Part shown: in pieces, positions 57,674 to 64,000 of the stretch
Layout: every line of letters begins with the position of its first letter
Position numbering within the stretch: the stretch's first letter is position 1
NCBI GenBank assembly: GCA_947428835.1
Contig: CANENE010000002.1
Location: 16,901 to 80,900, forward strand
DNA from: an uncultured bacterium
GTDB lineage: Bacteria; Cyanobacteriota; Vampirovibrionia; Gastranaerophilales; Gastranaerophilaceae
Direction: 5' to 3'
DNA: 64,000 bases
Translations under genes and position numbers: made by a program
Notes under the pieces: model-generated
Databases searched by the model: none
What the model was told of the DNA's origin: nothing
What the model saw: the letters and a program-made list of their open reading frames with translations, nothing else

Positions 57674-57955
57674 CTACCCTATCAACCCTCGTTTTTTTAG
57701 AACAATATCAACTTTTCTGATAAATTCATCATCTATGTTATCTTTACTTACAAACATTTCGCCGTCGCCTGAGATAAACCAGTTTAAATTTACATTTAAA
57801 ATATTATACAATTGAATAGATAATTCTATGGATGGAACTCTTTTTTTACCTTCATAGCCCCAAAGTGTACTTGCAGGAATGCCAATCTTTTCTGCCATTT
57901 TTTCAACAGATAAATGCAGTTCTTTGCGAATTTTCTTTAGATTTTGAGCGTACAC
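57674..57955 (-). CDS. XRE-family HTH regulator, long class (cassette 4)
   Basis: MYAQNLKKIRKELHLSVEKMAEKIGIPASTLWGYE HTH and the NLNWFISGDGEMF motif. Divergent from P4. Confidence 0.85.
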   Translation of the reverse strand: MYAQNLKKIRKELHLSVEKMAEKIGIPASTLWGYEGKKRVPSIELSIQLYNILNVNLNWFISGDGEMFVSKDNIDDEFIRKVDIVLKKRGLIG

Positions 57956-57986
57956 AATTACCCCGAACGTATTAATTTTTGTAAAT

Positions 57987-58029
57987 TTCTATTCAATTGA
58001 GTTGACTATTCTGTTCAATAGAATATAAT
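57987..58029 (+). promoter_or_regulatory. Candidate promoter (TTGACT-16-TATAAT) with two operator-like repeats TTCT(A/G)TTCAAT(T/A)GA
   Basis: TTGACT at 58002-58007 and TATAAT at 58024-58029. Repeats at 57987-58000 and 58009-58022. Same geometry as cassette 1. Confidence 0.5.
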
Positions 58030-58068
58030 TAAAAGTAAGATAGATATTTCATAATAACTATATCACAG

Positions 58069-58137
58069 AATTGGTAAAAAATGGCATTTCTGCCTCACTT
58101 TTTTGTACACAAAAAAATAACTTTTAAGGAAAATAAC
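58069..58137 (+). promoter_or_regulatory. Conserved 5' leader (GGCA-N4-TGCC hairpin, TTTTTGT-AC-ACAAAAA hairpin, AAGGAAAATAAC-ATG)
   Basis: Alignable with 28807-28864 and 63234-63317(-). Confidence 0.5.
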
Positions 58138-61100
58138 ATGGAAAAATACAACAAGGCTCAAGGAGTTTATTTGCTGTGCTTGAAGGCTGATTTGAAATGC
58201 AAAAAAGCATTTTCACTTATAGAAATCCTGATAAGTTTAATCATCATCTCTCTTCTTATCGCGGCTTTTACTCCAATTATCACAAAGAAGCTTAAAGCAT
58301 CAGATATTTCAATAGGTTCTTTTGGAAGCGGAAGTAACATTAATATGACATTAGAAAGACAAGTCACAAAAGAAGATTGTGATAAATATGATGCAATTTT
58401 TATTCCTGCAGCAATGAACGGGGGCACAAGAAATCTTTGTGTTACAAGATATAATGTCGGAGATAATATAGATAATGGCGGAGTTCCAATTGCAAAAAGC
58501 GCTAAGACTCTTTCAGTCGGAAGTACATGTAATGACCATTTAAACTGCTGCTGGCAAGGAGCAACTGCAAACAGTTGTGCAAATGGTGATAGCAATAGTG
58601 ATTACTCGGGGTGTAATAGAACAGTCTGCGGATGGCAGGCAGCAAACGCCAGCTGTGCTGCGTATGCTCCAGATAATGAAAATGAAGGAAGCTGGAGACT
58701 TCCAACCAAAGAAGAAATATTAAACTGGCAGGACAACTTTTCTAATCTTCAAACAAACAAAGGTAAAGAAGGGCTTCAATTATGCAGTTATGAAGCAATT
58801 GATGGTTATACAAAATGCTCTGCAACAACAGCTTGCAATGATACAGGTCTTACCCATAACGGTTGTCATCCGCATCATATATTTTCAAACAATGCATTTG
58901 ACACATTTGCACTAAACCGAGCAAAATTTGACTATTCAAATAGTGAAAATATTACATATTCAGCAGGTGCAAGATGTGTATTGGATAAAATAGCTGTTGA
59001 TGTCTCTGAGCTTCCAAATGGTGGCGGGATAAAAGACCCGACAGTTGACCCTTTTTATGGAGAACCCAAAGATCAGGCAGATTGTGATAAAGTAGTTGCA
59101 ATATTCATAGATAAAAAAATGTCAGGAGCAAACAGAAACATCTGCGTTTCTAAATATAACGTAGGAGACGCTGGTCCCGATGGCTTTGGACCGCCTATAC
59201 CTGAAAGCTTCAATCAATATATAATGAATGCAGGCCAAACTTGTCCTTATAATGGCAATTGTTGTTGGAAAGGAAAGACTGCAAATGCTTGTGGTATTAC
59301 AGGCAATGCCGGAGCAAATTATAGTGGCTGTAACAGAACCGTATGCCAATATAATGCTGCAAACGCTGCCTGCAGACAATATAATGCTTTTGGAGCAACT
59401 GCCGTTGGAGCCTGGAGGTTGCCAACCGGTGCAGAATTTAGTGTATGGATGCAATACATGAAGGAAATAAGCAACAACAAAGGACCTGACGGTCTGCAGC
59501 TTTGTGTAAGTGGAACAAGCGCAGGATATGTACAATGTGCAAATATACAAAACTGCCCGGGCTTTTCAAGTGTTTCCGGATGGGGTGCTCATTGTACGCC
59601 ATTTAACAATTGGACTTCAACGATAATTTCAAAAACTTATCAAACCTATAATACTGCAGGAGGAGTATTTGGCGGAGGGAACGATATTCCTGCAAGTGCA
59701 AGATGTGTTTATGACGGCATTACAAAAGCCAATAATTATGAAGAAGATTTAAGCGACTATGACGATTCTAATGCTCCAAAAGATGAACCAAAGTCTCAAG
59801 CTGATTGCGACAAATTGACAGCTATTTTTATTCACAAAAAATATGCTGGAGGTTCAAGAAATCTTTGCATAAGTAAATATAACGTAGGGGATAGCGGACC
59901 AAGCGGCTCAGGGCCGACAATTCCATCAGCTTATAATACTTATATAATGAATGCAGCTCAAAGTTGCCCTTATAATGGTTATTGCTGCTGGAAAGGAAGG
60001 ACTGCAAATGCTTGTGGTATTACGGGTAATGTCGGAGCTAACTACAGCGGATGTAACAGAACCGTTTGTCAGTGGCACATTGCAAATGAAAGTTGTTTAT
60101 TGTGGACTGCGGGAGGAAAAACCCAAGCAAGAGCTTGGAGACTCCCAACACAGGCAGAATTTACAAATATTGTAAATTATATGAATATCATAAATAACGA
60201 TAGAGGTGCTGACGGTCTGCAGCTTTGTGTAAGTGGAACAAACGCAGGATATGTACAATGTGCAAATATACAAAACTGCCCGGGCTTTTCAAGTGTTTCC
60301 GGATGGGGTGCTCATTGTACGCCATTTAACAATTGGACTTCAACGACGGGTTTAACTTATGATGCTGCCGGTAATGCATATAGCGGGGGCGCAGATATTC
60401 CTGCAAGTGCAAGGTGCGTGTATGATGGAACCATAAATAAACCAAGCGATATAGGAGACTATGATGAAAGTAATGCGCCCGATGATGAACCAAAAAGCCA
60501 AGCAGATTGTGATAAATTAACCGCAATATTTGTACACAAAAAATACTCAGGTGACCCAAGAAATATTTGTATTTCAAAATATAACGTAGGAGATACCGGT
60601 CCAAGCGGTTCAGGACCCCAAATTCCTACTCAATATGCGCAGTATACAATTAATGCTGCTCAAGCTTGCGGTAAATCCGGCTATTGTTGTTGGAAAGGTA
60701 AAACCGCTAATTCTTGCGGAATAGTAGGAAATGCCGGAGCTGATTATTCGGGTTGTAACAGAACAGTATGCCAATGGTATGTTTCTGATGCTGCCTGCAA
60801 AGAATATACTGCAGGTGGAAAAACCCAAGCCGGTTATTGGAGACTACCTACCCAGGTTGAGTTTTCAAGCATGTTCCAATATATGGGAGAAATTAACAAT
60901 AATAGAGGTAAAAACGGAATTCAATTGTGCACCTCAGGAACTAATCCGGGTTTTGTACAATGTGCAAATATACAAAACTGCCCGGGCTTTTCAAGTGTTT
61001 CCGGATGGGGTGCTCATTGTACGCCATTTAACAATTGGACTTCAACATTGGGTATAACCTACAATTCCATTGGAAATACATTTAGCGGGGGCGCAGATAT

Positions 61101-61146
61101 TCCTGCAAGCGCAAGATGTGTTTATGATGGAACAAAGGTAGAATAA
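58138..61146 (+). CDS. Giant prepilin-N-terminus protein with four DUF1566/FISUMP-like Cys-rich modules (P4, 1002 aa)
   Basis: 24-aa leader then FSLIEILISLIIISLLIAAFTPIITKKLKAS. Module ends at ARCVLDK, SARCVYDG (three times). Modules 2-4 are tandem paralogues. Confidence 0.85.
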   Translation: MEKYNKAQGVYLLCLKADLKCKKAFSLIEILISLIIISLLIAAFTPIITKKLKASDISIGSFGSGSNINMTLERQVTKEDCDKYDAIFIPAAMNGGTRNLCVTRYNVGDNIDNGGVPIAKSAKTLSVGSTCNDHLNCCWQGATANSCANGDSNSDYSGCNRTVCGWQAANASCAAYAPDNENEGSWRLPTKEEILNWQDNFSNLQTNKGKEGLQLCSYEAIDGYTKCSATTACNDTGLTHNGCHPHHIFSNNAFDTFALNRAKFDYSNSENITYSAGARCVLDKIAVDVSELPNGGGIKDPTVDPFYGEPKDQADCDKVVAIFIDKKMSGANRNICVSKYNVGDAGPDGFGPPIPESFNQYIMNAGQTCPYNGNCCWKGKTANACGITGNAGANYSGCNRTVCQYNAANAACRQYNAFGATAVGAWRLPTGAEFSVWMQYMKEISNNKGPDGLQLCVSGTSAGYVQCANIQNCPGFSSVSGWGAHCTPFNNWTSTIISKTYQTYNTAGGVFGGGNDIPASARCVYDGITKANNYEEDLSDYDDSNAPKDEPKSQADCDKLTAIFIHKKYAGGSRNLCISKYNVGDSGPSGSGPTIPSAYNTYIMNAAQSCPYNGYCCWKGRTANACGITGNVGANYSGCNRTVCQWHIANESCLLWTAGGKTQARAWRLPTQAEFTNIVNYMNIINNDRGADGLQLCVSGTNAGYVQCANIQNCPGFSSVSGWGAHCTPFNNWTSTTGLTYDAAGNAYSGGADIPASARCVYDGTINKPSDIGDYDESNAPDDEPKSQADCDKLTAIFVHKKYSGDPRNICISKYNVGDTGPSGSGPQIPTQYAQYTINAAQACGKSGYCCWKGKTANSCGIVGNAGADYSGCNRTVCQWYVSDAACKEYTAGGKTQAGYWRLPTQVEFSSMFQYMGEINNNRGKNGIQLCTSGTNPGFVQCANIQNCPGFSSVSGWGAHCTPFNNWTSTLGITYNSIGNTFSGGADIPASARCVYDGTKVE
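59000..61143 (+). repeat. Intragenic tandem repeat, three modules of about 700-720 nt with near-identical cores
   Basis: The core ...GTACAATGTGCAAATATACAAAACTGCCCGGGCTTTTCAAGTGTTTCCGGATGGGGTGCTCATTGTACGCCATTTAACAATTGGACTTCAAC recurs from 59530, 60253 and 60955. Copies 1 and 2 share about 145 nt with one mismatch. Confidence 0.9.
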
Positions 61147-61153
61147 TTAAGTT

Positions 61154-61205
61154 TGTTATTTTTGTGTTAGATTACGCACCTTTGAAAAACAGAGGTGCTT
61201 TTTTT
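61154..61205 (+). terminator. Conserved 3' box plus rho-independent terminator
   Basis: TGTTATTTTTGTGTTAGATTA, then GCACCTTTG-N5-CAGAGGTGC plus T7. Confidence 0.75.
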
Positions 61206-61221
61206 AAAAGCTTCTTAACTC

Positions 61222-61486
61222 GTCACCCTGAATTCGTTTCAGGGTCTTACCAGGTTTGTGGTAACGCATAAAACCCGTTGTTACGCTTCAACACCTCAGA
61301 TGCTGAAACAAGTTCAGCATGACGCAACTGCGCATTGATGTTTATTTTCGTCACTGCAATGACATATTTTAAACATTAATTTATATAACCGTCACCCTGA
61401 ACTCGTTTCAGGGTCTTACCAAGTAAAGTAAAATAAATAATTATTATATTACACCTCAAAATATCAGATGCTGAAACAAGTTCACT
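61222..61486. repeat. REP/MITE-like composite repeats, two tandem units (copy set D) between convergent P4 and P5
   Basis: L1 at 61222-61252 (plus tail to 61272), R1 at 61292-61324, L2 at 61391-61422, degenerate R2 at 61465-61486. GTCACTGCAATGAC at 61350-61363 with its inverted partner ATTGCAGTGAC at 61611-61621. Confidence 0.8.
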
Positions 61487-61628
61487 TTGGTGTATAGAAG
61501 TCTTTTTGCACACATAGGTCATCATTATTTGTAAAAACAGTAAATTATAAATTTATCAATTTTTTAATTATATTTCGCACCTGCAACGAAACTGCTGCAA
61601 GCTAAAGACGATTGCAGTGACATAACAT

Positions 61629-61682
61629 AAAAAAAGAGGTCTGAAAAATTTCAAACCTCATAATCTAACACAAAAAATAACA
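61629..61682 (-). terminator. Conserved 3' box plus rho-independent terminator of P5 (minus strand)
   Basis: Minus strand reads TGTTATTTTTTGTGTTAGATTA, then GAGGTTTGAAA-N3-TTTCAGACCTC plus T7. Confidence 0.75.
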
Positions 61683-61685
61683 AAC

Positions 61686-63233
61686 TTATTTTGGAATTTT
61701 ATCTGTAACGCATCTTGCGGAAGTCCCTTCATGTCGTGGCCTTGCTATGACGGCTTGAAAAATATATTTATATGTTATATAAGAAACACCATTTTGCCCC
61801 CATAGTGCAATTGGAATGCAGCCCGTACCTGCTGCACTTGTGCACGCTGTTGATGAATAGCAATTAACAGCCCCGCCATTTATTCCGCCTTCATTGCAAA
61901 GTTGTAAACCTGCAGAACCCTTGTTTAGTGTTATAGTACTCAAATTTTTGCTCCATCCAATCAATTCCTCTTCTGTAGGAAGTCTCCAAAGTCCTTTTAT
62001 ATCGTCAGGTGCATAGCTATTGCAAGAAATGTCACTTGCCGCCCAGTTACATAGAGTTCTATTGCAGCCGCTATATGTGCTATTGCCGTTGCCTCCTGCG
62101 GTATCGCAATTGCTTGTTGTTTTGCCTTGCCAGCAGCAATACTTACTTGCGCAAGTGCCCCCTGTAATTTGAGTCACATTTACAATAGGGTCTGTATAAA
62201 TATCGCCGATATTGTATTTTGTAGCACAAACGCCGGTTTTGCCGCCATTCATATTCTTTGGAATAAAAAGTGCATTATATTTATCGCAATCTTCTTGGCT
62301 CTTTGGTTCTTTATAGTTAAATCCGTCATCGGCATCTTCTTCTTTTTTTGCATTTTCAATTACTGTATCTAATACGCATCTTGCACTTTGTGCATTAGTT
62401 GGCTCATATTCTCTGTAGGAATCAAATATTCCTTCGTGCAGATATTTATCCCAATACATGTTTGTATTTGTACCTGTTTCTGTCAACGACCAGTTATGAT
62501 ATGGCCAGCATGCATTATCAAATGAACCCGGGCACAATTTAGCAAAAGATACTCCGGGATTGGTATGTGTTATGCACACCACGGATCCGTAATTTTTGGC
62601 GCTATCGCACAGTTGCAAGCCGTCATAGCCTTTATTAAACTGTAAGTTATTTAAATGCTTTGCCCATCCGCTCATTTCAATATAAGTTGGAAGTCTCCAC
62701 TTGCCCCCTAGTGCCTTGGGGGAATATTCTTTGCAGCTCAAATTTGCAGCTTCCCACTGACACATTGTTCTGTAGCAGCCGCTGTAGTCTGTATTTCCGT
62801 TGCCTGTCGTGCCACAATAGCCGGAGGGTGATGTTTGCCCCTGCCAGCAGCAGAGGCTTTCATTTCCTTTAGTGCAGTTACTGCCTGCAGGAACCGTTTC
62901 TACGCTTTTAGATATAGTGATACCATTATCTCCCACATTATATTTAGTGACGCAAATATCATTAATGCCGTCATTCATTTCTTTTGGAATAAATAAGGCG
63001 TTAACTTTTTGGCAATCTTCTTTCGTCGGGGGTCTTGCGGCAGTCTCTGTGCTGCTTTCTTCCTTTTTGCCACTAAAGCTTCCAACCGTAATGTCTGATG
63101 CTTTGAGTTTTTTGGTGATAATTGGTGCGAAAGCTCCAATTAAAAGAGACATTATAATAAGACTTGTAAGAAGCTCAATAAGGCTAAAAGCGCATCGAAA
63201 TTGAGCCTTTTGAGGCTTTGGTTTTTTCTCCAT
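61686..63233 (-). CDS. Prepilin-N-terminus protein with two DUF1566/FISUMP-like Cys-rich modules (P5, 515 aa)
   Basis: 15-aa leader then FSLIELLTSLIIMSLLIGAFAPIITKKLKAS. Contains CCWQGQTS, YSGCYRTMCQWEAANLSCKEY, KWRLPT, GLQLC and SARCVLD. Module 2 ends SARCVTD. Confidence 0.85.
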   Translation of the reverse strand: MEKKPKPQKAQFRCAFSLIELLTSLIIMSLLIGAFAPIITKKLKASDITVGSFSGKKEESSTETAARPPTKEDCQKVNALFIPKEMNDGINDICVTKYNVGDNGITISKSVETVPAGSNCTKGNESLCCWQGQTSPSGYCGTTGNGNTDYSGCYRTMCQWEAANLSCKEYSPKALGGKWRLPTYIEMSGWAKHLNNLQFNKGYDGLQLCDSAKNYGSVVCITHTNPGVSFAKLCPGSFDNACWPYHNWSLTETGTNTNMYWDKYLHEGIFDSYREYEPTNAQSARCVLDTVIENAKKEEDADDGFNYKEPKSQEDCDKYNALFIPKNMNGGKTGVCATKYNIGDIYTDPIVNVTQITGGTCASKYCCWQGKTTSNCDTAGGNGNSTYSGCNRTLCNWAASDISCNSYAPDDIKGLWRLPTEEELIGWSKNLSTITLNKGSAGLQLCNEGGINGGAVNCYSSTACTSAAGTGCIPIALWGQNGVSYITYKYIFQAVIARPRHEGTSARCVTDKIPK

Positions 63234-63317
63234 GTTATTTTCCTTTAGATGTGTGTAAATTTTTTTGTATATATTTGTAATTTATGCATAAAAAATGAGG
63301 CATAATATGCCAAATTT
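63234..63317 (-). promoter_or_regulatory. Conserved 5' leader of P5 (GGCAT-N3-ATGCC hairpin, TTTATG/CATAAA palindrome, AAGGAAAATAAC-ATG)
   Basis: Minus strand reads AAATTTGGCATATTATGCCTCATTTTTTATGCATAAA...AAGGAAAATAACATG. Hairpin positions are conserved, but the second stem has a different sequence. Confidence 0.45.
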
Positions 63318-63338
63318 AAATTATATGGTATAGTATAA

Positions 63339-63416
63339 ATACAATTGTATTTATTTTATAAACTACATTACACTTATTATACATACAATCGTATGTAATA
63401 TGCAAGTACAATTGTA
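63339..63416. promoter_or_regulatory. Three operator-like palindromes (ATACAATTGTAT, CATACAATCGTATG, TACAATTGTA)
   Basis: Located at 63339-63350, 63382-63395 and 63407-63416 in the P5/XRE intergenic region. Confidence 0.45.
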
Positions 63417-63451
63417 TTATTGTAACAAAAATTAATACAAATAGAGTAATA

Positions 63452-63748
63452 ATGCTAGGTAAAAATCTTAGAAAAATCAGGGAAGAACTTAATTTGTCGG
63501 TTGCGGGGCTGGCAGAAAGACTGGATATGTCCCCCAATACACTTTCAGCTTATGAAAGAAATTTAAGAATGCCTTCGATGGAGCTTGCCATACAATTGTA
63601 TGCAAAATTAAATGTTAATACAAACTGGTTTGTATCAGGCAAAGGAAAGATGTTTAATGATGATATTGTGCCTGAATTTGAGCAAATCAAAGGCAAGCTT
63701 CTTGATGAAGTTAAAAAGCTTTTGAAAGATGAAGGACTAATCAAATAA
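63452..63748 (+). CDS. XRE-family HTH regulator, long class (cassette 5)
   Basis: MLGKNLRKIREELNLSVAGLAERLDMSPNTLSAYE HTH and the NTNWFVSGKGKMF motif. Divergent from P5. Confidence 0.85.
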   Translation: MLGKNLRKIREELNLSVAGLAERLDMSPNTLSAYERNLRMPSMELAIQLYAKLNVNTNWFVSGKGKMFNDDIVPEFEQIKGKLLDEVKKLLKDEGLIK

Positions 63749-63759
63749 GCAAATAAGCT

Positions 63760-64000
63760 TTATGAAAGTTTTTTGATTGTTTGATTAATTAATTCAATTT
63801 GTGCTGCAAGTTCTTGTTTTTGAGCTATTGCTTTCTCAACAACTTCTTTTGGAGCGGAATTAACAAATTTTTCATTATTTAATCTTGCTTCAAGAGGTTT
63901 GAGTTCATTATTTAATTTTTCAATTTTTTTATTCTGTCTTTTAATTTCAAGCTCAATATCGATTAATCCCTTCAAAGGAATTGTAATTTTGGTATCTGCA
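63760..64000 (-). CDS. valS: Valine--tRNA ligase, C-terminal coiled-coil fragment running off the window
   Basis: ...EIKRQNKKIEKLNNELKPLEARLNNEKFVNSAPKEVVEKAIAQKQELAAQIELINQTIKKLS is the typical ValRS C-terminal coiled coil. The reading frame stays open to the window edge. Confidence 0.75.
   Translation of the reverse strand, partial: ADTKITIPLKGLIDIELEIKRQNKKIEKLNNELKPLEARLNNEKFVNSAPKEVVEKAIAQKQELAAQIELINQTIKKLS

Overview
AT-rich bacterial chromosomal window, densely coding on both strands. The housekeeping backbone includes a dcw-type cell-wall cluster (murF-mraY-murD-ftsW-murG, then folC), queH and queA, PPi-dependent phosphofructokinase, ychF, mscL, PBP1A, trpS, dapF, rpsF-ssb-rpsR, panD, gatC, pyrG, acpS, and partial valS and umuC at the two edges. 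MlaA/MlaE homologues, a VKOR-DsbA fusion, a ycf45-like AAA+R3H ATPase and a GTAC-N4-GTAC palindrome at lexA fit a diderm related to non-photosynthetic cyanobacteria (Melainabacteria/Gastranaerophilales-like). That placement is inference only. The standout is a five-copy cassette family (28.4-30.3 kb, 35.9-38.2 kb, 54.6-63.7 kb). Each cassette has a small XRE-type HTH gene transcribed divergently from a large (414-1002 aa) cysteine-rich protein. That protein starts with a prepilin-type N-terminus (FSLIELL + TM helix) and carries 1-4 repeated modules with DUF1566/FISUMP-like lectin motifs (CNRTVCQW, WRLPT, GLQLC, SARCV). The cassettes share cassette-specific operator-like repeats, a conserved 5' leader (three of five), a conserved 3' box plus terminator with compensatory stems (five of five), and REP/MITE-like double-hairpin repeats found only in their 3' flanks. 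Other points of interest are a pyruvate formate-lyase cleanly split into a 680-aa catalytic ORF and a 79-aa glycyl-radical ORF with its own RBS, two copies of a candidate CA-rich small RNA, an MlaA-alpha/beta-hydrolase fusion, and a flagellin-like-architecture coiled-coil protein. No rRNA, tRNA, CRISPR array or transposase was recognised.
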